Assembly (NCBI RefSeq): GCF_009914755.1
Contig: NC_060927.1
DNA from: the human T2T-CHM13v2.0 reference genome, Homo sapiens
DNA: 64,000 bases
Direction: 5' to 3' (one strand)
Part shown: in pieces, positions 17,342 through 34,302 of the stretch
Position numbering within the stretch: the first letter of the stretch is position 1
Layout: every line of letters begins with the position of its first letter
The notes under the pieces: model-generated
Told to the model about the DNA's origin: nothing
What the model saw: the letters and a program-made list of their open reading frames with translations, nothing else
Database searches by the model: none
Translations under genes and position numbers: made by a program

Positions 17342-19928
17342 TGAGCACAGAGAGGGTAAGTGTGTACTCTAAGGTCACAGAGCTCATAAGTACATCTTAA
17401 AACCCCGTTCCTCAGCTCCACATCCTGTGACATACCACTGACTTGCTTTCTGTGCTCGAGCCCAGGCCTGGAGAAGCCCCCTCCTCCTCCCGGAGCAGTG
17501 AAGGAAGGTGATGTGAGAGGAGGGCCCCGCAGCAGCTGTGGATTTTATTCCTGGGCCAACCCGGGGACTTGCCTAGGCCTCTCTTCATGTTGGCCCCATC
17601 GACCGTGCAGCTCCTCCCGCCTCTCTTAACACTCTGGTGCTGCGCTGCCTCGCTTCGCAGATCATGTGCTCCCTGCTTGGTTCCTCAGCCCTGACCTGTA
17701 TCACAATTCCTCACAGCGCCTTGGCACCCTCTGTCACCTGGGTGCTGCCCTTTTCCTGGCTACCCCGGCTGGTGTGCCAGCCTCCAGGCCTTCATAGGGG
17801 ACTGGGGACTTCGGCTCCTCCAGGTCTGGGCACAGCTCACTCCACTGAGCCTCTCACCCAGGCCCGAGCCCAAACAGGGCTCCTGCCACCAGCTGCCAGC
17901 CTTCCCAGCCAGTCTCCTCTGCCCGGGCTCTAGGCATTGCCTCTTCCCTGGGCTCACCAGTGGTGACACTGCCCATTCCTGCCCACTGGACTGCAATATC
18001 AGAATACTTTCCCCTCCAGCAATGTGGCTCAGGAGAGAGGACATGGGCTCCAGAGTCAACTCTGTCATCTGCCAGCTCTCAGAGTTCCTTAACGTCCCTG
18101 AGCCTTACGGTTCTCATCTGTGAAATGGGAGTGACACCTCTTTCAGAGAAACACAGGCATCGCGGTGCGATACACGCCCGGCTCTGCACCTCATACCCAG
18201 CTTCTAAGGACAGCGGGAGCTGACAGCAGCTCCTGCTTCCAAATGCTTCTCACGATCATTATCAGTCTTGTTCTACCCTGAGGTGAGCAGAGAAAACTTC
18301 ATTGTACCCATTTGACATCGAGGAGATTTGGGCTCAGAAAGAGTAAGTGACTTGCCTAAGGTCACCCTGCTCGTCAGGAGAGGGCTGGGTGGGAACCCCA
18401 GCATTGTGATTCTGCATTCTGTGGCCCCAGAATAAATTGTTCCCACTCTCTCCTCTACAGTCAGGGCTCCCCTGCCTTATTGTGAGACCCCTGCCGCCTG
18501 CCCTATGCTCAGAATGCCAGTGTGAAGGGGCATCATTCTGGCTCTTTCCATGGTCTCAAGCAGACCCTTTAGGTGGAGAAGGGTGAGAAGAACCCTCCAG
18601 ATAGGTCATGGGGTGGCTGGGGCTCCAAAAGCCCCCTTTGAGACCACACTTCCTCTCTGTGGCCCACTGGGGACTGCCGAAGGCAGCACCCGGAGCCCCG
18701 GGAAGGAGGAAGCTTCGGGTTGCGAGTCACGCCTTATGCCCCCGAGTCAGCCCAGACTCTGCTCCTCCAGTGCCCCAGCCCCTGGCCAGAGCAGCCCCGT
18801 GGCCTGTTGGCAGCTGCTGCCCAGCCCCCATCTGCGGGCTGCCAGGGCTGGCAGCCTCACGGCCACGCTGCACAACTCCGCGCCTCTCCTCCTCAGTTTA
18901 TTCCTTCCAGACACACAGTTGCTGCTTTTTATTTGGATTGCTTTTCTGTGTTATGGTATTTGGGTTGTTTTTCCAATCCCTCCCCCAACCCCTGCCTTTC
19001 CCCCATGGCAGGATTCCTAAGAAGACTCGTTTTTGGAGAGCGCTGCAAGCACATCTGCTCTCTGACTGCAGCATTCCGGGAGGGCCCTGTCAGGGGGCTC
19101 AGGTCTCGGGAAGCCAGGACACGCTGGGCAGGGGGGGCCGGCGGGCAGGGTGCAGGGCCCCTGGCAGTCAGGGCCTGTGGTGGGCACACTCACTGAGGCA
19201 GGCAGTGCTGGGCCTGGGGGCCTGTGGCTGCTGCCAAAGTCCTGGAGCCGCAGCTCACCAACTCCCTGGCCCCATTGGCTGTGGCTGCTGGCTCTCAGCT
19301 CAGACACGAGTAGGCCAGACTTGGGGTGAAAGAGAAACCAGGAGCCTTTTACAACACCCTGGACTTCGGGCTCCCTTTGGTGAGCAGATCTGAGGGGTGG
19401 GGTCCTGTGTGTGGTAGGTGTTGGAGTCCGCATGGGTGTACCCTTATGTGTACTAGAAAAAGTTTGGTGGCTGTATGGAGGTTCAAAAGCCACGGGACTT
19501 GGGTTCCATTCCTGACTTTCCCACCAACTGGCTGTGTGAACGTGGGCAAGTTGCTGTGAAGCAGGGATAACAGCATGCCCCCCAACTCCACTGTGAGGGT
19601 AAACAAGTTAATACGTGAAAATACTTCCTGGCACATAGTAAGTGCTCAATAAATGTTTTAGCTGTTATTATTATATATGCATTGGGATGTGTGTGGAATT
19701 ATTAGATTCGGGGTGGTGCTCTTGGACTTTGGAGTGTGAGCACTGCTCCCCAGCTTGCTAAAAGTGCTGGCTTCTGGGCCTCACCGCAGAGATTGTTTCA
19801 GCAGATCTTGGGAGAGCTCAGGAATTTACATTTTAATCCAGAGGCCTTGGCGATATTGACATGTTGGTCCAGAGTCTGATCTGGAGTCATCTGAGGTGTC
19901 TGAATGAGTAGAGCCTTGGGAAGGCTTG

Positions 19929-19929
<1 letters not shown>

Positions 19930-19978
<49 letters not shown>
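19930..19978. repeat. (TG)n microsatellite
   Basis: Direct reading. Confidence 0.97.
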
Positions 19979-19980
<2 letters not shown>

Positions 19981-20790
19981 TGGTGGCAGGGGCTGCAGGG
20001 GTGTGAGAAGGATTGGATTATTTCCTAGGCTCTGGTAAATCACTCAGAACTGCTTTGCAAATGGAGCTGGAGACCCAGTGAAGGAGTGGAGTGGAATGAG
20101 GCGGCTCCAGGCAGGAATCACCCCAGGCAGAGCCTTGGGTCTCTAGGAAGGAACGAAGACTGCTGGGGTTTTCAGCAGGGGACTGACACAGTCCAACTGA
20201 ATGGTTTGGGTTGGAGCTGCCTGGTTTACAGCCTAAGGCACAGCAGATGGCAAGGAGGGTATAAAATTGCAATTAGCTCAAGGCCACAATGGCAGAAGGG
20301 TCTATGGCCTGAGAGCAGGAGCGGCAGCAGGATCTGGAGGAAGAGAGGATCTCCCAGATTGAGCAGCTGTGCCCACCCCCTTCACTTCTGAGTTAATGAG
20401 GCCAGAGCATCCAAGCCAGGGCCCGGTCTCCGTGAGCCCATCGCTCCAGCAGCCCAGCCAGGATCGCTTAAGATAAGAATCTTGTAAACTCACCCACTCA
20501 AGTGCTTATAGTCTCTTGATTCATTTTCTTCTACTTTCTCTCTCAGCAAAGATGTTTTAGAGAAACTCTTCGTTTTCACTGAGCTAAAAAAAGAAGGAGG
20601 TGGACCCTCCTAAGGCTAGAGAGAGAGCTGGTCGCCTGTTCCAGGAAGGAGACTGGGGGACCAGCTGTGGCCTGATGGTGTGAGGCCTCCCTTCCAGGAG
20701 TAGGCCAGTGGGGGCAGCCGGGAAGGCCTGGTTCTCCCAGCAGGGGTCTCCTTTCAGATGCTAGATTGTATGTGTATGTAAGTGTATGTG

Positions 20791-20794
<4 letters not shown>

Positions 20795-20821
<27 letters not shown>
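20795..20821. repeat. (TG)n microsatellite
   Basis: Direct reading. Confidence 0.95.
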
Positions 20822-21979
20822 CATTCACACAGCAACAAGATATTTACTGAGTGTGGATTATGTGCCAGACACTGTTCTAGATGCTAGGGATACACCTGTG
20901 AACAGAATGAAGATCCGTGCACTCGAGGAATGTGAGGTCGATGGGAATTTCGTGTCCGGAGGGGATGGGTAAGTGCTGTGTGTATGAGTCCACGGTGCAC
21001 ACACAGGCGAGGAATGGAGAATAACACATACGTGCCCAGGCAGACCTGGGTCAGGAAACATCTGCCATTCTCCAGGCATGTGATCTTGGGCAAAATATTT
21101 TCTGAGCCTTGGTATTCCATAAAATGGGAAAATAATCTCTTTCTCTCACAACTGTTGTGAGACTAAATATGCAAATGCTTGGAAAGCTCTAAGCAAAATA
21201 CCTGATACATGATAGTTGCCAAACGATGTTTTTTCTTCATGTTTCCTATGGAGTTGGTGGAGCTGTTTCTGCATGTATATACCAAGTATGTGTTTGTGTC
21301 TGGGTGGGGTGTCCCATGTGTCTGAGAGGTCTAAATGTGTGGGTTCTCCCCAGGTGATAATCTCCTCCCCCCAGGATGTGCCTTGTGCTGTAGAGATATC
21401 TCAGGTCTCACTAAAGGTGGCATTCATTGCCTGTTCCATTCTGAGCAAGGAGGCCCACTAATAGAGAGAAAAGGTCATTCAGTCTGGAATCCTAGGAGTT
21501 GGCCCGTTAAAGCCTTGGCTTAGGTCTGTCATGAGTCTCTCCAGCTGCAGCGTGACTCTCGCTTGCAGTTCTGTTTGTAGTGCACACAAAGAATCCTCAG
21601 CCACCCCTTGCTGACACCCACCTACACCAACTTGCAGCTTTTCTTTCCCAATTCTGTGACATCTTGGCCATGCTGCTCCCTGCTGAGACCCTCCCAGAAT
21701 CCCCCAGGTCACTTGTAAAAGTGGATCTAGAAGGTAAACCCAGGACCAGCCCTCAACAGGCAACTGTGGGAGCAGAACTGCATTGTTTAGTGATCCGCTT
21801 AGGACTCCCACCATTCTTGCTTCCTCCTGCAGAGTGAGAAGAGAGGTGAGTCCCGTTCCCGCTCTCCCTGCTCCAGACTGTCTCCCAAGGAGAAAGCCCA
21901 TGATTTTGGTTATGTTCTCTAAAAAGGTGACTCAGAGTGTCTACTCCCAGCCTCACTGTCCCTCCTCCGCCCCATTTCT

Positions 21980-22560
21980 AAGTGTCCATTGACTGTCCAA
22001 CTCAGCAACTGAGGCTCAGTGTGCCTGAAGCCATATCCACCTTCCTGCCCCCAAACCAGATCTCCCCAGGCATCCAGCTGTTCTGACAAGTGACTCCGCC
22101 ACACTTCCAGGTGCTTCAGCTGGAAACACTGAGTCATATCTTACATCTTCCTCCATTTCATTTCCCACAGTTAATCCATTATCAAACCATTTCAAGTTAT
22201 TCCCCCAGCCAATCCTTTCCCACACCCATTCCTGCTGCCATTGCCCTGGTCAAGCTGTCATCTGGACTATTGCAGAGGCCTCCCACTTGGCTTCCATGCC
22301 TCCAACCTCCCCCTTCACAACCAGCCAGTCCATCTTCCTCAAGCATCTCCATAAGCTCACTGCTCTCCCTCCCTCCCTCCACCGCTTCCCCCAGAGGCTC
22401 CTCTCCATCCACAGCACCCTCTCCTCTCCTCCAGACTTTTGGCTCCAGCATAATCAGTCCCCTCGTTGTTCCTGGGGCACAATGCACACTCCGGCTACCC
22501 TTCCACTGTTGGCGGAGTTGTTTCCCTTGCCTGGAATCCTTTTCCCCGTTCTAACCTTTC
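21980..22560 (+). mobile_element. L2 fragment
   Basis: Degenerate L2 3'-region motifs (ctggactattgcag...ctcccact, cttgcctggaatcc). Confidence 0.55.
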
Positions 22561-22588
22561 CCCTACATTTTCACCATCTTTAACACTA

Positions 22589-22955
<367 letters not shown>

Positions 22956-24580
22956 AGCTGGGGGAAGGGAGCAAAACTGCTAGCAGTTTGCTAGAGGTAG
23001 AGAATTTAATTCACCTCTGGGGCAGACTTTTGCTTTGTTTTGGGAAAATCAACACGAACCTAAAACTCTATAGTTACTGTCAGCCTAAATACAGATGTTA
23101 ACTGTTCTGGTTCAGCGATGGAGATGGCCCTGCCTTGGGAACCTGGTCTGCCTTCCCTTCTTTTTTACCCTGAGGTTTGAGGAGAGAAATTATGGACGGA
23201 GGGAGCCTAGACTTGTCCCGATGGAGGCGGCTATTTTCAGCTGAATTTGGGAGAGTTGATGCAAGAGATAGAAACAGAGACAGCCTTCCTGAGGAGGCTG
23301 AAGGGCCCTGGCACTGTTGCTTTGGGATCTAGGTGACATATCTTGGCACAGACTGCGGGAAAGGACATTGTATCCAGTTTGGAGGGAACCCAGCATCTCT
23401 CCAGAACTCCACTGGCATTAGAGGAAGCGGCAGCCATGGACGCTGGGGACCCCTCAAGGCACACTCCCAGCAGAGGGTCCTTTCCTGGGCCTCCATGAGC
23501 CCTAGTTATGACTGCAGTGGACACATGGGTTTGTGACATCATGTGAGACATCCACTAGAGCTCTCAGAAGTATTTGCGGAAAGTATTGTACAAGGTGGGC
23601 TCAGTGTCATTGTAACTCACTGTTAAAGTAGCGATAAGTCATTTATACCCTGGGCAAGTGAAAACAAGATTACTAGAGATAGAAAGCCATACTATACTGT
23701 TAACCATGGTTGCCTCTGGGTGCCAGTATTGTAGAGAATTCCTTTTCTTCTTTGTATTTTTGTGAAACCTTCCAATATTTCCACCATAAGTATTTGTAAT
23801 TAGAAAAACAAAAGCTATGAATAAAGAAGATACTCTATCTTTCCTTCCCCTTCCCGCTGCCTGTGGCCATGCCGACAGTACCTCCCAGGTGCGGGCCTTG
23901 ACACTCAGTCCGGGCAGATGAGCATCTATTTCTTGTTGCAGGTACATGCGCCAGCTCTGCCAGCTCTTTCACAATCAGGAATATCTCTCCTCTTCCGACC
24001 CCACCCCCCACTTACTCTGCTTGCTGGAGCTATTTCTCAGAACACGCCTGGCCTGCTCCCAGCCTGCGCCTTCATACTTGCTGTTAACTCTGCCAGCTCC
24101 CCTCCCCCAAGTCCCCCCAGACAGCTTCTGGGCCCCTGCTTATGGCTTTCATCTGTGACTCCAACGTCACTTCTCGGTGAGGCTTTCCCAAGCTGGAAGG
24201 GAAAGGACCCTTCTATTGGGTCCAAGCCATTTCAAACTGACCAAGCTATTTAAAACTGTACACCCTCCCAGCATTCTTTCCCCCTTGCCGGCTTCATTTC
24301 TCCTTAAGACACACGTCATCATCTATATCCTTAGGATGTAGGCTCTATGAGGGCAAGGGTTTTCGTCTATTTCGGGTTGTCTGCTGTAATCGCACTACCC
24401 ATGTGCATGCCTGGCGTTTGGAAGATGCTCCATCAACATTTATAGTTACCACATTCCAGACCCTGTGGTAGGTGGTTAGTAACGCCCCCAGTCTTCAGTG
24501 TTTTGAGGAGTTGGCAGCATTATCTCCATTTTAAAGATGAGAAAAACCGAGCTCAGAAAGGTCAGATATAACTCTGCTGA

Positions 24581-24966
<386 letters not shown>

Positions 24967-25972
24967 CTCCTCTACCTTTGTGGCTTGGGTATGTGGCTGT
25001 CCGTCACCATGCTCGATACACAGCAGCCCTCCCGAGTCTTTCTTAGGCTGAGGTTGCTGTTTCCTCTGCACTGGTTGCCCCAGCGCATGGCCCACAGGGC
25101 TACTGCAGCAGGTCTGGGAGATGCCTCAGAGGCATCATCCCTTAAAAATGGGCTCCTCTCCCAAGTAAGGTCCCTACAATCAGAGAAGCCAACTTGCCCC
25201 GCTCCCTCGTCGTTGCCTCCGCCCTCCGGTTTGGGTGCTCTAGGCTGTGACGCACATGAACACTGCCAGAGGTTTTCTTTCCTCCCTCCACAGCCCCGCT
25301 TCTGTAATGGGAGCTGGCTGCTCCCTAAGTACCCTCTGAGGGTGGAGTGCCAGCAATATCCCAGGTGATTTAGGTTGAAGTTCTGGATGTGCCACTCACT
25401 GGTTATGTCGTGAGCTTGTCCAAGTCATTTAACTTGTGCATTGAAAGAATGGAAGAAATTATTCCTTCCTCATGGTTTCCTTGGAGTATCTTAATGCTGG
25501 CAAATGTGGAACCTGCCTCATAGGGCTGTCATGCAGATGCATGAGATAATGGGCTAATCATACTTAGCACTGTGCCTGGCATACAAAGCTTAATAAATGC
25601 TGGCTGCTACTGTTATTGGTCATGGCTGGCTTGGGAACTCGGCAGTCTGAAACCAGCTGGTAGGATGGTGTGTGGCATGTGGACGGCATCTGACCCCTAC
25701 TCCAATAATCCACTAACCTCTTTCCTAAATCTTCAGTCCTTACACTGAATTTCCCTGATCAAGGTCACATAGTGGACTTTGAAAAGGCTTTGATTGGGAC
25801 ACTTTTCAGAATAGCTAACCTCCTTAGTCAGTACACTGTTTCTGCTGGGAGGCAGCTGTCCTCTCTGCTGGGCTGCACAATTTGTGGAATAATTTGCACA
25901 AGTATCAATTGCCACCATGACCAAGGCATGAAGCATAATTACCTCAAGTGGAAACTGTGATTGAGGCTGTGA

Positions 25973-27132
<1,160 letters not shown>

Positions 27133-27146
27133 GTCCTCCCTTTGGG
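27133..27146 (-). other. Polypurine tract of the ERV
   Basis: Minus-strand AAAGGGAGGAC immediately before the TG start of the 3' LTR. Confidence 0.7.
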
Positions 27147-28500
27147 TTTTATAACACCTTAATCTTAAGGTATAGGATGTGAAGATGGAAAAGGCCGTCG
27201 ATTGCTCTGTCTTCTTCTTGCTAACAGGGGATGTAGTGGGAATGGGAGTGAACCCCAAGGTGAGAAGAGTGGAACCGCTTTGCAACTCTCTGAGTGACTC
27301 GTGCAGGCCTGGGTCAGCTTTCATGGCAAAAACATTAGCACTCTCATCTACAGTTTTACTACAGTGTTTAAGTGAAACAGCCTACTATAAGGTAAATAAT
27401 GAGTCCTAGGATGAGGAGTACAATTCCCAATTTTAAAAACAAAGATTTGAAAGCATTAGTTTGGGGACTTCTAACCCACAAAGAATTAAGAATTTAGTCT
27501 AAACTGCAGAAAAAAAAGAACAGCTAACAACAGTGTACTACAGTTTTTCTTTTGAAGCATAATTTTTCTCTCTCCAGTCCCTATTTTTACTAAACACGAA
27601 TCACTATAGAACTGATTTGTTTATAAAATAAACCTTAGTCTTACCGATTATTTACATAATGTACAGCAAGAATAATTATTTTTCACTTAGGCTTTTTTAA
27701 TTGGCTTATGACAGAACTCTGTTCCATGTAGACTCTCAGATAAGACTTTTTAGAAGCCGAGCCCAGCCATGGGTTTGTACCCTCAGATACCTATGTGGTG
27801 GGCAAATTCCTCTCCTCTTGAGGTCCCAAGATAACTTGCGGTTCCTGGGCCTGTTAGAAAGTGACATTCTTTACTTAACACAGGTCAGGAATTTTGTACA
27901 GGGACTCTGTGTGGACAAGGTATGAGACCAGAGGCCCCAACAGGCTTTAATTGGCTCTATAAGTCAACTTTGATTCTTTAAAGGAAGCATGCCATTCCGG
28001 TCAAAGCCTTGGTAAAATAACCAATTTCTCCAATTGTGTCCTGTTACAAAAGAAAACAGATTCTTTTTGCACTTATGCAATTAACCATACTGCCATAAAT
28101 TGAGAATGTTCACAAATAGTTACCAAATTCTGGAGAAATTAGGTAGAGAAGAGCAAATACGCTCCAAATTTTGTTCACAGGAGTACATTTTACTCACTTG
28201 TTAAAAGTTGCAAATAGCTCTAAAGAAATAAGTTCTCTTGACTCTGAAAACAAAAAGTTTAGCAATGTTTAACACTTTAGCTCTCCATGAGAGTCCTGGA
28301 AGTTTGGTTTTTTCCTCTATTCCAATAGCACAATTTTTAAAGTCATCAAATTTATCTGAGACCTGCACTTAAGAGTCCTATATTTGATTATAAACTTCCT
28401 TTTGAAAAGGACCAAAGCAAGACAAAATATCTGTGGATGACAAAAGTCTATAGCCACCATTAAAGCTACAATTGACTAAGAATTTTGATTATGGCATACA

Positions 28501-28802
<302 letters not shown>

Positions 28803-29574
28803 ACTTGTGGCATACGATTTTACATAATAATTATAATTATTAATAATGTGCACTAAATTATATCAACATTATAGAAGTTTCCCATAATTTTGGAATACAT
28901 ACTAATAACATATTTATACAAATGCAGTCCAAAGTGAACCAAAGACCATTCACTCTTCTATTTGAAAGTTTTTCCTCTATTCTAATGTCACAATCTCCAG
29001 AGTTATTAATCAGAATCCTGAATTTAAGAGCACCTGTTAAATTTTATAGATGATTATAAAACCATCTTTTAAAGAAGACCAAAACAAGACAACAATTGTC
29101 TGTGAATGACAAAAACATTTTAGGGCAGCAACAGTTAAAGACATGATTGACAAGGAAATGTGTTACCTCTGTGGCATACAGCCTGTTAACATAATAATTA
29201 TAATTATTACTGATAACATATACTAAGTCATATTAGAATTACAGGAATTTTACATAATTTCAGAACACATATCAATAACACATTAACACAAATATAGACC
29301 AAAGAAAGCCAAACACCATTTCATATTGGACAATGCTTCCTGTATGATTTTTGTAGCAAATAAGCCAAATGTCAATTCTGGACTTTAGAGGACTTAATAT
29401 CTAAAATATTAGGTTAGAAAGAGATGTAATTTATGATCTGATTTTGGAAAGTTTGTCAAATATCAAAGGTTTAAAACACCAGATAGTGTTTTAAAATAGA
29501 ATCACAGGTCACCATAAAGTCATTCATTTGGCCAAATGATAATTCCAATAAAATTTTTTAAAAAGAAAAACCTT

Positions 29575-29983
<409 letters not shown>

Positions 29984-30454
29984 TTAACCCAAAGGAGAAA
30001 ACAAAACCCTTTCATTATCTTTTAACATTACATAAAAATCATCTTCAAAAGAGAAAACCAAATTTCATGTTTGCATTAGTGCATCTTTAATGTTAAAGTT
30101 AGTTTTTAAAATAACATCTTATATCTCTATCCAGTTTTAATTAGTTTGACCATAAGGTAAGATTTTCCTCAACTTTTTAGAACCCTTTACAACTTTCCAT
30201 CAAACAGCAGATCAATTTTCTAAGAAAACCCTGTTATTCTGACAAATGGGTCCGATTCTGGCCCCACATCAGTATGATTTTAATGTTTTAACCTACGGAA
30301 AAAAGCTAAACAGTTTATTTTAAATCTTAGCCAACTTGTTTACACCCACAGAATTTTTACAAGATCAACACTTTTCAAGCCCTTTTCACTTTGCTTAAAC
30401 CTTCAGTTTTGTTCCGTTACTCTTCTAGGTTAAGACAATCTTTAAAACCCTCTG

Positions 30455-30750
<296 letters not shown>

Positions 30751-33700
30751 CCCTCTGAACTAGACAAAATTATATTCCCTTTAACAGAAGCCATATTCCC
30801 ATGCCTTCTTATAATCTCTTACCAAAAACACATTCCCTACCCACCTTGTGTGTAAAACTGTTTCTCCAGTGGTCTCAACTACATGTTACAATGTTAACTC
30901 TTAGCAACTTTAATTTTTACTGAAAAACCTGATAAGTAAGCAATTTTAATTATGTACTAGGGGTGGAGCCTAGGACATCAGACAGAAATGAAGATAAGGT
31001 CTGAATCCTTGTAGCATAGTTAGTGGCCATGGCTCTCCAGATGTCCCCAGGCCTTATCTATAATCTAATGCGCCAAAGTAGGTAAATTGAATAATTTTCA
31101 AAAGTCAAAGAAACAGTTTGACCTTAAAGTATCTAGCAAATCTGATATCTGACCTTAATTTAGATCAAATGTCTACATTTCTGAGACATTTTATTTTACC
31201 AATAATCTTTAAAAGTGTCTTTATTTCCCAAAGAGTACTAAAGTCACACGAACAAAAAGACATTAAGGTTTCTATTTTTCTGACAAAATATTTGATTTAA
31301 GCACTTCTTTTTCTAAGCCAATTAATCAGAGCTGTTTTATATAGAAACATGTGACACATGTAAATACACAAACAGACAGAAGATTCAGCACTTGTAAGAT
31401 TTTTCATTTGCCAGTTTCTTAATTGGATGACTGGCTTCAGGGTGGAGCCTGTGGAGGAACAGGGCCAGGAAAGCATGCGTTTCCAGGGCCAAATAAGCAG
31501 CAAATAAGCAGCTGAAGGCAAAGACAGATCCCCAAAATTAACGGTGCCATTTTATACTGGTTCCTGAATCCCCAAAAGGAGGCAAATACTATGGGAGAAG
31601 ACAGTGCAGTGCTTCCACTCTGCATTTCATTTTGCAAGGCAGCCCAAAGCCAATCAGCCCATTTTGCAATCAGCCCATCCCTCATGGGAGTCTCATCTCC
31701 ATTGTGGGGTGGGGATGTTCCCTTATCTTCCAGGTGTCCAACTTGAGCATGCTTCTCTGATCCAAGTGTGCCAAGAGTCAAGTATCCCTCCATAACTACT
31801 ATTAGCCATCCCTTAAAGTATACTTCCTATCTAGTTATTACACACCAAAGCTCTCTCATGAGAAGTAATTTCTGATACCCCCAAAACTCAAAACCATCAG
31901 ATATAACACAGTGCAAAAGAGAACAGAGCCTTTGATTTTGAGAGGGATCTATCCGTTTTTAATTCCTGGCATTTCATGAGGAAAACAGAGGTTTTGTTTT
32001 TGTTTTTGTTTTTGTTTTCTCAAAACAGGGTGTGTGGTGCCTCCTCTGTTTTTCCCAAGGAGTCCCAGGCTACCAGGCTACCAGAAGTTATGTTAGGGCC
32101 TCTTGTGTGCATTAAGAGTGGCAAGACAAAAAAAATGAAGAAAAATAATTTAGCCGACTGAGAAGAAAGAATTTTTCCAGAAAAACAAGTTCCAAGAAGA
32201 GAAACACATAAAGGTCTTTTAAATGCATCTACAGCTTGTTTATCCACTTTTAATGAAGCTGACTCTAAACCATAGTGCTCTTTAAAAAAGAAATCCTTTT
32301 AAAACTATTATTACCCAACTTTAGCATGCCAAGTGGCCAATATTTCTAGCTTCTGAACTTTACCAAAGGTAACCTCCTAGGTGCTTCGAAGACATGGTAA
32401 GCAGTTTTTGTTTGTTTGTTTGTTTGTTTTTTACAAGATTTAGAATCTCCACAAGGTAGTTCAGAGAAAGGAAAATTCAAGAGAGGAAATCAGAAGCTAT
32501 TTATAAGGGAAAAAAATCTCAATAAATGGCAAACCACAAATAACAAACCAGAAAGGAATCATTCCAGAAGCCGATAATTGAACCCAGGCCACCACTGTCA
32601 AAAGATAAAGCCTTAGCTACTGAGTTATACAGCATGGAGCAGCTTCTATTGCTTTTCCCAGAAGGAGCCTAGAGAAGCCAATTTCAAGCTTGCAAGCCTT
32701 TTAACTGCTCAAGAAAAACGTTTAGGACTATGACATGAACCCCAAAATTCCTGTGCTCTGGATGGTGGAAACCAAAAGAAAGTACCCACACATGGTCACA
32801 AGGTTAAGCTCTTAAGGACACAAAACAAGACAGAGAAATTTCATACAGTATTGGTTTCAGGGACCGGTAGCAAAGTTTGTAACTGACCAGCCTGCCAAGC
32901 TGACTTGAAAAGGAGGCTTATAGGGGTCCTAAACCCACATTCTATCCTGTGATACCCCTGTCTCCCTTACAGAACACAGAAAGACAAATTCTTTGCACAA
33001 AATACACCAGATGTGTTACAGCATAAGACTAGTCTCACAAGTCCTTTTTTCTATTAACCAAATCCTTGCAGAGGAGACAAATAGTTTACTGTTTATCCAA
33101 AGAGAGAGAGACCAGAAACTTGGTTGGTAAGAATTTCTTGCCCTTTTTTTTGGGATACCAGGTTTCTGCATTCCCTTTCTCTGGAGCTTCCAGAAGAATG
33201 AAGCAGCTTCTGATGACCCTGCTTGCTTGTGCTATAGCTGCGGGGTTTAAGCCACTTTACAAGAGAAAATCACCTTTTCCTGCTTTATGGAACCATAGAC
33301 AAGATTCTCAAATTGCAAGATGCTGCCCAACGGGCTGCATGGGGAACTGAATTAACATTTTCCATCCCAGCAAAATACACATAACAAAACAGACATTAGT
33401 CACCTCGTGCAGCACCCAGTATCAGCCTGGCAAAGCTCAAAATTTTTCCATTGGTCCCTGTTGTCTTTGACCCACTCCAGGTGGGGATGGATGACCTCTG
33501 AACGCTAATTCACAATGGGGTCTCTAGGCAAGGGGAAGAGCAGATAGTCACCCCAAGAGGCCTGCTGAACCTTCTTTAGAGCCCATTGAATGCGACCAGA
33601 CAAATAAGGAGGATTCTCTGATTTAGGCCTGCTGGACTTTCATCAGCAACCCCTCTGAGATGCCTGCTACATACACAAACACACACAAAGATGAGATAGA

Positions 33701-33884
33701 CAGATGGCCTTCCAAATCAGATCCCTAACCAAGAACTCCAAGAGTATCCTTTCCAAGCTACTCTCCTATTCTCCATCTGAGAAACCTCCTCGAAATCTTC
33801 CTGATTGAGGAGAAGTCTCCCAAACCGGGACTCTTCCTACTAGAAAGAAAGAGCCAACCAAGACCCCCACCCAGGAGCCAAACA

Positions 33885-34082
33885 GACACCCCATGGTGGG
33901 CCTACAGACACAGACACTCCATGCTGGAGCTACAGACACCCCGCAATGGGGCTACAGACACCCCACCATAGGGCTACAGAACCAGTCAGGAGAAGGAAGG
34001 AGGCATTGGCAGCGCCTAGGATACTCACCAATCAGATATCCCACAATGGGGCTACAGATAGACACCCTGTGATAGGCCTACA
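33885..34082 (-). repeat. Six 22-nt hairpin-forming repeats in the ERV leader
   Basis: Units resembling gacaccccgcaatggggctaca at 33885, 33913, 33935, 33957, 34035 and 34061. Confidence 0.8.
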
Positions 34083-34280
34083 GTTAAGGGATGTCTCCCT
34101 GGAACTATTTCTCCATTGCAATTAAATCCATGCACATTGGGTTGGCAGTGCCCCGCCAGTACAGAGTACGGGAGTCAGCCCCAGTCCAAGAGAACTAGGT
34201 GGCTGCTTGGGCTGGCTTCTGGATCCATCACTGGAGGGGGGCTACCTGCCCATGGTTCACTGGGCCTCCTCCAGTGATGT

Positions 34281-34298
34281 ATCTCGGATAAGCCCCCA
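34281..34298 (-). other. Primer-binding site, tRNA-Pro type
   Basis: TGGGGGCTTATCCGAGAT matches the canonical Pro PBS TGGGGGCTCGTCCGGGAT at 15/18, and lies 4 nt after the LTR terminal CA. Confidence 0.85.
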
Positions 34299-34302
34299 AA
34301 TT

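Noticed and set aside
18550-19493. 261-aa and overlapping 156-158 aa ORFs
   Set aside because: GC-rich stop-poor DNA with ORFs in several frames, low-complexity composition and no recognisable domain
33885-34082. CRISPR-like array
   Set aside because: Eukaryotic ERV leader with no unique spacers and no cas genes
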